From an uncultured Bacilli bacterium (lineage in GTDB: Bacteria; Bacillota_I; Bacilli_A; RF39; UBA660), in assembly GCA_947628485.1 (NCBI GenBank), contig CANRAA010000001.1, positions 1 through 57,918 of the forward strand: a DNA stretch of 57,918 nt, read 5' to 3'. The notes below the pieces were generated by a model, which did not search any database, was not told the DNA's origin, and was given only the letters and a program-made list of their open reading frames with translations. Position 1 is the stretch's first letter; the number at the start of each line of letters is the position of its first letter. Below, one piece after another: positions 1-8,565 of the stretch. The position numbers and the translations under genes are program-made.

Positions 1-95
1 CATAACCTTTATTAGTTATGTTTCTTTCTTACCCACCTTTTTTATTTTTGTCTAAATTTTGGGGTACAGTTCATTCTTCTTCTCTTTATTAATAA

Positions 96-857
96 CTAAT
101 CTACTTTTTGAGAAATGGTACAAGCATCAGTTGCAGTTACTTCTATAGTTAAATTTAATGTTTTACCTGCAAGATCGTGACCAGAAGTTGATTGATCGGT
201 GGCTGCACTATTAACTAAGTACATAGTTGCATTAATTGTTTCTTCTAAAGGACCGCTTTCTCCTTGACCTTCTAATTTAATTGATCCATTAAATTCTTTA
301 GATTTTGAACCACTATCTCCAGTAAGATCTTTTAAATTAGTTTGGACATTACCACTTCCTTCTCCTAAGCCAGCACCTTCAATAGTTAAATTAATATCGC
401 CAGCTTGCAATTGGTCTAACATATCTCCTGTAGCTGTTACTTTAACTTTATAACCACAAGTATACTCATCATTTTCGTCGCCGCCAGTAACAGTAAATTT
501 TGCTAATTCATGATTAGAACCAGCTGGAGCGCTATGACTTTCTCCATCAGTTTCTTTTAGATATTTTCCACCAGTAGTTGAAGATGTTGAATGACTTACA
601 TCAGATTTATCCATAGCATAATAGTATTCATCTTTAGCTGGTTGCTTCATATCTTCTGCTGTAACACTTAGTTCTAATGTTTTTCCACCACCTGACAATG
701 ATACTAATCCAACACTAGATGATTTTACTTCAGCTGTAGTATTTTTTGCGTTTCCACTTACACTTAAACTAAAATACGCAAACGTTGCTCCTACTACTGC
801 TACTAGTAACGTTGCTACTGCTATCACTGTTAGTAACATTGTATTTTTCTTTTCCAT
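96..857 (-). CDS. Secreted protein with SipW-dependent-type (TasA/camelysin-like) signal peptide
   Basis: ORF 96..1046 trimmed to the ATG at 857, which follows a GGGAGGG Shine-Dalgarno (SD). N-terminus MEKKNTMLLTVIAVATLLVAVVGATFAYFS fits the basic/hydrophobic/G-x-T-F-A-x-F pattern of SipW-cognate signals. Mature part is Ser/Thr/Gly-rich. GC is visibly higher than in neighbouring genes. Confidence 0.6.
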   Translation of the reverse strand: MEKKNTMLLTVIAVATLLVAVVGATFAYFSLSVSGNAKNTTAEVKSSSVGLVSLSGGGKTLELSVTAEDMKQPAKDEYYYAMDKSDVSHSTSSTTGGKYLKETDGESHSAPAGSNHELAKFTVTGGDENDEYTCGYKVKVTATGDMLDQLQAGDINLTIEGAGLGEGSGNVQTNLKDLTGDSGSKSKEFNGSIKLEGQGESGPLEETINATMYLVNSAATDQSTSGHDLAGKTLNLTIEVTATDACTISQKVD

Positions 858-960
858 TCCTTTTTCCCTCCCTTCTCTCCTCTTTCTCTCTTTCGAACTA
901 AAGTTTTTTCCCTTTCTCTTCCCCCCCACCCCGCCATCGGAGGGGGGCCTCCTATTGAAA
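858..960 (-). promoter_or_regulatory. Purine/G-rich 5' leader of the 96..857 gene
   Basis: Minus strand reads AGGAGGCCCCCCTCCGATGGCGGGGTGGGGGGGAAGAGAAAGGGAAAAAAC...GAAAGAGAGAAAGAGGAGAGAAGGGAGGGAAAAAGGA-ATG. It contains a GGAGG-CCCC-CCTCC hairpin (940..953), G-runs and several SD-like purine blocks. This is a clear composition outlier in an AT-rich window. Confidence 0.4.
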
Positions 961-1029
961 TCTATACTGTCATGCATAATATTATGTTTTACTAGCATAA
1001 TATTAATGTGTAAAAAAAATACATTTACA

Positions 1030-1058
1030 TTGAAAAAAAAATACAAAGGAGATATAAT
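1030..1058 (+). promoter_or_regulatory. Sigma-A type promoter for ATPase/Toprim module 1
   Basis: TTGAAA (1030..1035), 17 bp spacer, TATAAT (1053..1058). GGGAG SD at 1065..1069 and ATG at 1078. Confidence 0.55.
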
Positions 1059-1077
1059 ATATATGGGAGTGAATATT

Positions 1078-2181
1078 ATGATAAAAAAATTTAGTGTTAA
1101 AAACTTTAAAAATTTTAAAGATAAAGTGGTTTTAGATTTTTCAAAAATTAGAGATTATGAATTCAATCAAAGTTTAATAAAAAATAATTTAGTAAATAAA
1201 ATGTTAATATATGGTCCAAATAACTCAGGAAAAAGTAATTTAGGGGCAGCGATTATGGACATTACAACTCATCTTACTGATAATAATGGAACAGATAATA
1301 TTTTATATGCTTATTATTTAAATGGTGATTATGTTGATGATGTAGTAGAATTCAATTATGAATTTCTATTTGGAAACAAAGAAATAAATTATTTTTATAA
1401 AAAAGATCCCCAATCAAAACTTTTATCTGAAGAATTATATGAAAATGATAAATTACTTTTTAAATATAACTATATTACTAATAAATTTGATAATAATATA
1501 AAAGAAGCTCAAACAATTGATATTTCTAAAAGAACTAATAAAGAAATGTCAGTGTTAAAATTTATATATAATAATACTTTATATTGGCCTGTAGATAGTT
1601 CAGTTAAAATATTTATGGAATTTGTTAACAATATGTTATGGTTTAGAAGTTTAAAATCGAACGAATTTATGGGAGTAATGGCCAATAACGAGAATATGAA
1701 TGATTTCATTATTAATAATAGATTATTAACTTCATTTGAAAAATTTTTAAAAGATTGTGGACAAAATTATAATTTATGTGAAATTAGTGATATGGGGAAA
1801 AAAATAATTGGAGTTAAATATAAAAATTATAAAGCAAGATTTGACCTAGTTGCCTCAACTGGAACTAAATCATTATGGCTATTTTTCTATTGGATGAACA
1901 GAACAAATAATATTTCTTTTATTTATTTAGATGAATTTGATGCTTTTTATCATTATGAATTATCTGCCTATATTCTAAAATACTTAAATAACAGGACAGA
2001 ATTTCAATCAGTTTTAACTTCTCATAATACATATCTAATAACTAATGAGTTAATGAGACCAGATTGTTATTGCATTTTAAAAAATGGTAAAATTAGTAGT
2101 TTTGCAGATAGTACTCAAAAGACTATTAGGCAAGCTCACAATTTAGAAAAAATGATGCTTGGAGGGGAATTTGAAAAGTAA
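1078..2181 (+). CDS. ABC/AAA_15-21-type ATPase, defence-module partner 1
   Basis: ORF 955..2181 trimmed to ATG 1078 because the promoter lies inside the longer ORF. Starts MIKKFSVKNFKNFKD. Walker A GPNNSGKSN, Walker B FIYLDEFD, H-loop-like TSHN. Confidence 0.8.
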   Translation: MIKKFSVKNFKNFKDKVVLDFSKIRDYEFNQSLIKNNLVNKMLIYGPNNSGKSNLGAAIMDITTHLTDNNGTDNILYAYYLNGDYVDDVVEFNYEFLFGNKEINYFYKKDPQSKLLSEELYENDKLLFKYNYITNKFDNNIKEAQTIDISKRTNKEMSVLKFIYNNTLYWPVDSSVKIFMEFVNNMLWFRSLKSNEFMGVMANNENMNDFIINNRLLTSFEKFLKDCGQNYNLCEISDMGKKIIGVKYKNYKARFDLVASTGTKSLWLFFYWMNRTNNISFIYLDEFDAFYHYELSAYILKYLNNRTEFQSVLTSHNTYLITNELMRPDCYCILKNGKISSFADSTQKTIRQAHNLEKMMLGGEFEK

Positions 2182-2935
2182 AATTCTTTTGATTGTTGAA
2201 GGTGAAAAAGATGAGATTAGAATATTAGGAAGTGAAAGCCATGGTTTATTATCTCTAATAGGAGGAGATTACGAAATTGTTCCTTTTGCTAATCCTATTT
2301 ATGAATTATATGATGCATACGTTAATGGTGAGTATGATGATATAGTATCCTATTTGAGAATTAATAAAGGTTTAGAAATTGATTCTGATATATTGTCTAA
2401 AAATGCTTTTAGTGCCATATATTTAGTATTTGATTATGAGCCACAGGACCATAAATATTCTGATAGAAAAATAAAAGAATTATTGTCGATATTTAATAAC
2501 GAAACAGAATTAGGAAAACTTTACATTAATTACCCTATGGTAGAGGCATATTATCATTTAAAATCTTTGCCTGATTATGAATATAATGATAGAGTTGTAT
2601 CTTTAGAAAATTTAAATGGAAAAAATTATAAAAAATTAGTTAACACATCTACATGCTTACGTAAAAATAATATAACAAATATAAATTTATGTTATATTAT
2701 TATGCAAAATTATATTAAAGCTCAAAGAATAACTAATTCTAATGGTCAATTAATTGATCATAATAAAATATTAAATTCTCAACTAAGTTTAAAAAAAGAA
2801 AGAAACGAAATATATGTTTTAAGTACCTTTCCTTTTATAGCAATAGATTATAACTATGAAAAAACAATGGAAAAAATAAAATCAAAATTAAAAGCTAATT
2901 ATATAAAATTAGAAAATATAAAACAACCTAATTAA
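2159..2935 (+). CDS. Toprim/RloB-like (DUF4435-like) protein, partner of the 1078..2181 ATPase
   Basis: N-terminal ILLIVEGEKDE (Toprim-type Glu) and a later acidic cluster LVFDYEPQD. Overlaps the ATPase gene by 23 nt. There is no in-frame ATG before the VEGEKDE motif, only TTG at 2159 or 2171, so the start is uncertain. Confidence 0.65.
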   Translation: MEGNLKSKILLIVEGEKDEIRILGSESHGLLSLIGGDYEIVPFANPIYELYDAYVNGEYDDIVSYLRINKGLEIDSDILSKNAFSAIYLVFDYEPQDHKYSDRKIKELLSIFNNETELGKLYINYPMVEAYYHLKSLPDYEYNDRVVSLENLNGKNYKKLVNTSTCLRKNNITNINLCYIIMQNYIKAQRITNSNGQLIDHNKILNSQLSLKKERNEIYVLSTFPFIAIDYNYEKTMEKIKSKLKANYIKLENIKQPN

Positions 2936-2961
2936 TACTATTTAAATATTTAGAAAAAAAT

Positions 2962-2990
2962 AAAAGTGTTTTATTTATCACTTTTATTTT
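2962..2990 (+). terminator. Rho-independent terminator after module 1
   Basis: AAAAGTG (2962..2968) pairs with CACTTTT (2979..2985) and is followed by a T-rich run. Overlaps the 3' end of convergent der. Confidence 0.5.
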
Positions 2991-4275
2991 TAAATTGTAA
3001 GATTATTGGGGTTCCTTCTAAATCAAAGGCCTCTCTTAATTTGTTTTCTAAATATCTTTCATAACTAAAATGCACTAAATTTTTACTATTAACATTAAAA
3101 GTAAATTTCGGAGGTTTACTATCTGTTTGACTTACAAAATAAATTTTTAATCTTTTTCCTTTATAAGATGGAGGTTCATGTAAAGATACGGCATCCGTTA
3201 TCACATCATTTAAAAGACTCGTTTTAATAACTTTCCGATTATTTTCATAAGCTTTAATTACTTCAGGCATTAAAGTATGTAATCTTTTTTTGGTTAAAGC
3301 CGATGTAAAGACAAAATTAATATAAGGAACAAATTTAAAATAAACTTTTAATTCTTGTTTCCATCTTTTAATATCTTCATTAGGATCTTTTACCGTATCC
3401 CATTTATTAACACAAATAACTATTCCTTTACCAGCAGAAATAGCATAAGATAAAATATGTTTATCATGTTCAATGATTCCTTCTTTAGCGTCAATAACTA
3501 AAACACAGACATCACTTCTATCAATAGCCTTCATACTACGCATTAAACTATATTTTTCAATATTTTCATAAATGCGTCCTTTTTTCCGCATACCCGCTGT
3601 ATCAATAACAATATAATCTTTTTTATCATAGGTAAGCCTAGTATCTACAGAGTCTCTAGTAGTTCCCGCGACATCACTTACAATAACTCTTTCTTCATTT
3701 AAAAGGGCATTAATTAAAGAACTTTTACCAACATTGGGTCTTCCGATAAAACAAAATTTAACAATATCTTCTTCCTCTTCTTCTTTAACACTTATATCTT
3801 TAGTAAGAATATTAAGTAGTTCTTTAAAACCTAAATTATGTTCCGCAGAAACTCCTAAAACCATTTCAAAACCTAATTCATAATAAGCATAAATTAAATC
3901 TTTTCTTTTTTCATTATCAATTTTATTAACTAAAACGATGATTTCTTTACCACTTTTTTTAAGCATATTACGAATTTTTTTGTCAGCATCCGTTATTTCA
4001 TCTAAGCCATCAACCACAAATAAAATGGTATCGGCTTCCGTTATAGCCAGTTCCGCTTGCATTAAAATATCTTTATTAAAATCATCATCTTCACCATGAA
4101 CACCCCCAGTATCAATTAAACTAAATTTTTTATTTTGATAATTTACAACCCCATAAATACGGTCTCTTGTAATTCCCGGTTCACTTAAAATAATCGCCTT
4201 TTTTTCATTTATAAGCCGATTAAATATACTACTTTTTCCGACATTAGGTTTTCCAATTAAACAAACCGTTTTCAT
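2971..4275 (-). CDS. der: Ribosome-biogenesis GTPase Der (EngA)
   Basis: Two tandem GTPase domains with P-loops GKPNVGKSS and GRPNVGKSS plus DTGG/DTAG and NKID/NKWD motifs, then a C-terminal KH-like tail. 434 aa. Confidence 0.95.
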   Translation of the reverse strand: MKTVCLIGKPNVGKSSIFNRLINEKKAIILSEPGITRDRIYGVVNYQNKKFSLIDTGGVHGEDDDFNKDILMQAELAITEADTILFVVDGLDEITDADKKIRNMLKKSGKEIIVLVNKIDNEKRKDLIYAYYELGFEMVLGVSAEHNLGFKELLNILTKDISVKEEEEEDIVKFCFIGRPNVGKSSLINALLNEERVIVSDVAGTTRDSVDTRLTYDKKDYIVIDTAGMRKKGRIYENIEKYSLMRSMKAIDRSDVCVLVIDAKEGIIEHDKHILSYAISAGKGIVICVNKWDTVKDPNEDIKRWKQELKVYFKFVPYINFVFTSALTKKRLHTLMPEVIKAYENNRKVIKTSLLNDVITDAVSLHEPPSYKGKRLKIYFVSQTDSKPPKFTFNVNSKNLVHFSYERYLENKLREAFDLEGTPIILQFKNKSDK

Positions 4276-4285
4276 AAATCACCTT

Positions 4286-4720
4286 CTACTCACAAACAAG
4301 TTCATTTGAAGTATCTATTTTAGCATAAATTCTTTTATTTTTATAATAAATTATAACTTCTTCTAAATCTAAAAACTTTTCTTTATCTGTTGGATCCACT
4401 ATACATCCACCTTCATTATTTTCTTCACTTAAACAATTATTTTCATTATCTTTAGATAAATATTCGGGAACTAAATCACTTACGAAAAAACTTTTACAAG
4501 CATATTCTTTGTAATGTTTATCACTATTAATAATTGAGCCTTTAATATCTTCTCCAAAAAGAATAGCGGCCTCTTCCATAAGTTCAATCTTTTTTTCCAG
4601 CATATTTTTTTGAATTAAATGACTAATTCCACTTATAGATGGAACTGCAATAGCTGTAATGACCCCTAAAAGCACTATAACTCCTAATAATTCAATTAAT
4701 GTAAATCCCTTATTATTCAT
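4286..4720 (-). CDS. Type IV pilin/pseudopilin-like protein with prepilin N-terminal cleavage/methylation motif
   Basis: MNNKGFTLIELLGVIVLLGVITAIAVP is the G/FTLIE class III signal plus hydrophobic helix. Gaps of 9-10 nt to engB and der indicate one operon. Confidence 0.8.
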   Translation of the reverse strand: MNNKGFTLIELLGVIVLLGVITAIAVPSISGISHLIQKNMLEKKIELMEEAAILFGEDIKGSIINSDKHYKEYACKSFFVSDLVPEYLSKDNENNCLSEENNEGGCIVDPTDKEKFLDLEEVIIYYKNKRIYAKIDTSNELVCE

Positions 4721-4729
4721 CCTAACCTC

Positions 4730-5314
4730 TTAACTTAAATAACTAGATATAATATCTAATACTTCGTTTCTTCCTTTTTTCGTAATGGTTGACCAAGGAA
4801 TAAAACTATTATCATCTGTTAATTTCAATGTTTCTTTAATTATTTTATCTTGTTTTACGCGGCCATTCTTAGTTACTTTATCATATTTAGTAGCTACAAT
4901 AGTAACTGGTAAATTATAATAATTTAAAAAATTATACATTAAAATATCATCTTCCGTTGGTTTATGTCTATAATCAATTAGTAAAAAAACGTGTTTTAAA
5001 TTTTCTCTAGAAGCAATATAATCTTCAATCATAATGCCAAATTTCTTTTGTCTATCTTTAGAGACACTCGCAAATCCATAACCGGGAACATCTACTAAAT
5101 AAAAATTATCATTAACTAGATAAAAATTTAAAGTCTGAGTTTTTCCTGGTTTAGAAGAAGTCCTCGCAAAATTCTTTCTTTCAATTAAAGTATTAATAAA
5201 ACTACTTTTACCAACATTACTTCTTCCTAAAAGTAAAAACTCTTGTTTTTTATCAATTGGATATTGACTAATTCTTATAGCCATAATTGGTTCTGCTACT
5301 TTATCAATTTGCAT
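4730..5314 (-). CDS. engB: Ribosome-biogenesis GTPase EngB (YsxC/YihA)
   Basis: GRSNVGKSSFIN P-loop, DVPGYG and TKYDK motifs. The ORF opens with GTG at 5326. ATG at 5314 follows GGTGA with about 6 nt spacing and is preferred. ATG 5320 is also possible. Confidence 0.9.
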   Translation of the reverse strand: MQIDKVAEPIMAIRISQYPIDKKQEFLLLGRSNVGKSSFINTLIERKNFARTSSKPGKTQTLNFYLVNDNFYLVDVPGYGFASVSKDRQKKFGIMIEDYIASRENLKHVFLLIDYRHKPTEDDILMYNFLNYYNLPVTIVATKYDKVTKNGRVKQDKIIKETLKLTDDNSFIPWSTITKKGRNEVLDIISSYLS

Positions 5315-5371
5315 ACTCATCACCACACTTAAATTATATATTAAATTATGGTTATTTGCAAATTTTTAATA

Positions 5372-5404
5372 TTAAACAAAAACAACCGCCTTAATAATAA
5401 GGCA
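5372..5404 (-). terminator. Rho-independent terminator after module 2
   Basis: Minus strand has GCCTTA-TTAT-TAAGGC (5388..5403) followed by GGTTGTTTTTGTTT. Confidence 0.5.
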
Positions 5405-5465
5405 GTCATAAGATCTTCTCGGTAAACACATTCTTTGGTGTTTATCAATAATATTATACTATAAT

Positions 5466-6257
5466 TTAACTATCTTTAATAGTTATAATATTTAAATCTA
5501 ATAACATTATGGAAATTAAAGATAATAAATTATAATATTTTCTTTTAGTATAAATGTCTTCTTCTTTATTAAAAATATCTAAAGATGTTTTAGAAAAATC
5601 ATCTAAATCATATTCAGTTATACCTAAATCTAATAAAGACTTAAACATTATTTTTGTAGCATTTAAAATCGTGTGCTTATCTATTTTATTTATTTTATAA
5701 CCTTGACTTTTAATATAATTTTTTAAATTTTTCTCTTTTAAAAATAGATTATCTTTAACAAAATTAGAAATTAGATATGATTCTAAAGATGGATAACTAA
5801 GTAAAAGTAATCCATTCATTTCTTCATCTTTATTTTCTAAAGAATTACCTAAGATACCTAATAAATTTTTAGTAATATCTTGAGGATTAGAGTTATTATC
5901 TCTATCCCACAAAAAATATACATTAATATTTTTAGTATCAATACCATATTCTTCATATAATCTTTTATAAATTTCATTAAGATATTCTTTATCTTTTTTA
6001 ATTGAGGACAAATTAGAATTTTTAGCATTTATAACTATTACTCGGGAATTTTCATTTCCTTTCATAACAAATTCATCATAATTTTTAAAATTTTTTTGAT
6101 TACGACTTTTCTCTATATAATTATAATGTAAGACATCTCTAAAGATATGTTTTAATAACTCAAACTCATCTTTGGCTCCTTCTACTACAATTAATACCGT
6201 ACCAATATTTCTTTTAAAGTTAATCTTTAAAGATTTTGTTGTATCTAGGCATTCCAT
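5466..6257 (-). CDS. Toprim/RloB-like (DUF4435-like) protein, partner of the 6220..7344 ATPase
   Basis: VLIVVEGAKDE Toprim-type Glu motif and a downstream FLWDRDNN (DxD-like) motif. ATG 6257 has a GGAG SD and ATG 6269 is the alternative. Overlaps the ATPase gene by 38-50 nt. Confidence 0.7.
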   Translation of the reverse strand: MECLDTTKSLKINFKRNIGTVLIVVEGAKDEFELLKHIFRDVLHYNYIEKSRNQKNFKNYDEFVMKGNENSRVIVINAKNSNLSSIKKDKEYLNEIYKRLYEEYGIDTKNINVYFLWDRDNNSNPQDITKNLLGILGNSLENKDEEMNGLLLLSYPSLESYLISNFVKDNLFLKEKNLKNYIKSQGYKINKIDKHTILNATKIMFKSLLDLGITEYDLDDFSKTSLDIFNKEEDIYTKRKYYNLLSLISIMLLDLNIITIKDS

Positions 6258-7344
6258 TAAATACTCCATTTAAATACATCTTTTCAATGTTTTGAGATTC
6301 TCTAGGCATACTAGAAGAAAATCTTTCAACTAAGGTACCTTTTTTAGAATCAAAATAAACAGAATAAATTTGGTCTGGTCTTAATAAAGTGTTGTTTAAA
6401 ACATTTGTGGAATGAGTTGTAAAAAACATTTGGGAATTTTTAGCATAATGAAAGAAATATTTTATTAAACATTCTTCTAATTCATTATGAAAACCACTGC
6501 TAAATTCATCAATAATTAACATACATTCATTATTTACAGCGTATAAGAATGATGGAATTAATTCAATAAGAGTTCTATTTCCTGTTGATTCTAAGTTTTC
6601 AGGAATACTTACATTAGTACCTTTTTTATTAAAAGAAATAAGAATATTATTTTCATTTACATTCGAATCTGTAAATTCTATATTTTGGTTATAATTTATT
6701 CTATCTAAAAAATCGTTTATCTCTTTTGCCGAATTATTTTTTAAATATTTACGAATTGATAAATTATTATCGGAATATGCCCGAATATTTCTGTTATAAC
6801 AATTAATATAAATAGAATTCTTCATATATGAATACCATTTATTTAAGATTTCATCACCATAAAAATTAGTATCGAAATATATTCTTCTTAAAAATAATAA
6901 TTTATTGGAAAGATTATTAAATATTTTTTCTTCATTTAAATTGAATTTAGCAGTATTACCTAATCTTTCTAATATAACTAGACTATCAAATGTTAGTTTT
7001 TCGGAAACAATACCTTCTTTATCTAATTCAATTAAATAAATAATTTCTTTTCCTTCTTCCATAAATGTATATTCTATTTTATAAGTTGGTTTTGGTGTAT
7101 AAAAGCATAATTTAGATATTAAATCGATTTCATTATTAGAAAATAATAAATCAAGTAAAAGAGTAAGGCTTTTTAAAATATTTGTCTTTCCTGAAGCGTT
7201 TTCTCCTACTAATAAGCAACCTTTTAATATCTTATTACTACCAACATTTTCGCTCTCTAAAAACTTATAGTTAGAAGCGGTAAAATCAATCTCCGTTGGA
7301 CTTATAAATGTTGTATAATTATCTAATTTTATTTTCTTTAACAT
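6220..7344 (-). CDS. ABC/AAA_15-21-type ATPase, defence-module partner 2
   Basis: MLKKIKLDNYTTF start, Walker A GENASGKTN, Walker B MLIIDEFSSG, H-loop-like TTHS. GGAGG SD 7 nt upstream of the ATG. Confidence 0.8.
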   Translation of the reverse strand: MLKKIKLDNYTTFISPTEIDFTASNYKFLESENVGSNKILKGCLLVGENASGKTNILKSLTLLLDLLFSNNEIDLISKLCFYTPKPTYKIEYTFMEEGKEIIYLIELDKEGIVSEKLTFDSLVILERLGNTAKFNLNEEKIFNNLSNKLLFLRRIYFDTNFYGDEILNKWYSYMKNSIYINCYNRNIRAYSDNNLSIRKYLKNNSAKEINDFLDRINYNQNIEFTDSNVNENNILISFNKKGTNVSIPENLESTGNRTLIELIPSFLYAVNNECMLIIDEFSSGFHNELEECLIKYFFHYAKNSQMFFTTHSTNVLNNTLLRPDQIYSVYFDSKKGTLVERFSSSMPRESQNIEKMYLNGVFNGMPRYNKIFKD

Positions 7345-7362
7345 AAAATTTCCTCCATTAAT

Positions 7363-7391
7363 ATTATATATTAAATGTAAAAAATATACAA
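7363..7391 (-). promoter_or_regulatory. Sigma-A type promoter for module 2
   Basis: Minus strand has TTGTAT (7386..7391), 17 bp spacer, TATAAT (7363..7368). Confidence 0.45.
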
Positions 7392-7482
7392 CATTTTTTA
7401 AATAAATGTAATTTTTTTACACTATAATATTATGTTGTAATTATTTAAAAGTTATGTTAAAGTATTTAACCAAGGTGATTTT

Positions 7483-8565
7483 ATGGCTAAATATGTTTGG
7501 ACAAGCAAAGATTTTAAAAGATGTTTAAGAAGTTTATATGAAGCAAAAAGTAAAGAAACAAATTCCGAATTACTAAAGGTAATCGATAATGATATTTTTT
7601 TACTTAAAAGTTATATTGATTTTGATTTTGATGAACATAAGCCCAAAGATGATTATTTAAAAATGTATCGTTTAGCCAAAAGCTATCTTTATCCATTATC
7701 ATATCTTTGGGATGACTTAACGGATTTTAATGATTTGGCAAATGGCATCTTTGTTTATCCCAACACTCATTTACAAAGAATTAATTTTACTAAAAATGAT
7801 TTAGTTACCTTAACCCATGATTTTTATAAATCTTTGGGAGGCAATATATATGAGTCTTTTAAAAAGAACTTCCAAAATATAGATAATCATTTAAGTTTTC
7901 AAAAATATAAAGAAAGATATGATTCTAGAGCTTTTACTATTCCGATTAGTTATTTAGATGAATACTTCGTTAAAATATATCAAAGTAAAAACATTACCGA
8001 TTTAACTAGTATGGTACATGAATATGGACATGTGGTGGCCATTAGCACTAATTACAAATACAATATTGATAACTACTTTAGTGAAATAATACCTCTTTTT
8101 ATGGAACTATTAGTCTTAGATTACTACTATAATTTAACTAAAGATAAAACGGTTTATTTATATGCCATTGGGTGTTTTAACAAAAAAGTTGACCAAGGTT
8201 ATAGTCTAACGGATTTAATAAATATTATGAAAAATGAAAAAGAAAAATTTAAAAATTGTTATGAACTTTGGAATATGACGCAAAAGTTGGCTATTAGTGA
8301 AGATGATTTTAACTTAAGTATGGAAGATATAAATGGGGATGCTTATATCTATTTACCAGCTTATATGATAGCCATTGAACTTTATAAATCTTATAAACTA
8401 GATTCAGAGAAAACTTTAGATATTATAGGTAAAATATTAAAGTTTAAGTTAGATAATTTAAAAGAAGATTATCAAACTCTTTCTTCTTTAGGAATTAAAC
8501 CTAATTATAATTTAGAAGAGTATGAAGATGATTTAAAACAAAAAGAATTGGCTTTGAGACGCTAA
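7483..8565 (+). CDS. Putative HExxH zinc metallopeptidase (oligoendopeptidase-like)
   Basis: 360-aa ORF with MVHEYGHVVAI (HExxH) in a helical context. Family not recognised further. Confidence 0.5.
   Translation: MAKYVWTSKDFKRCLRSLYEAKSKETNSELLKVIDNDIFLLKSYIDFDFDEHKPKDDYLKMYRLAKSYLYPLSYLWDDLTDFNDLANGIFVYPNTHLQRINFTKNDLVTLTHDFYKSLGGNIYESFKKNFQNIDNHLSFQKYKERYDSRAFTIPISYLDEYFVKIYQSKNITDLTSMVHEYGHVVAISTNYKYNIDNYFSEIIPLFMELLVLDYYYNLTKDKTVYLYAIGCFNKKVDQGYSLTDLINIMKNEKEKFKNCYELWNMTQKLAISEDDFNLSMEDINGDAYIYLPAYMIAIELYKSYKLDSEKTLDIIGKILKFKLDNLKEDYQTLSSLGIKPNYNLEEYEDDLKQKELALRR

Noticed and set aside
858-1077. Long N-terminal extensions given by the ORF track: 96..1046 as 316 aa and 955..2181 as 408 aa.
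   Set aside because: The extensions overlap each other on opposite strands and translate to implausible low-complexity peptides. Each also contains the other gene's promoter or leader. Internal ATGs at 857 and 1078 have good SDs and give family-typical N-termini.
955-7391. The possibility that the inverted ATPase/Toprim modules are the arms of a composite transposon or mobile island.
   Set aside because: There is no transposase or recombinase and no DNA-level inverted repeats. The modules are similar only at motif level, and the enclosed genes (engB, der) are essential housekeeping genes.
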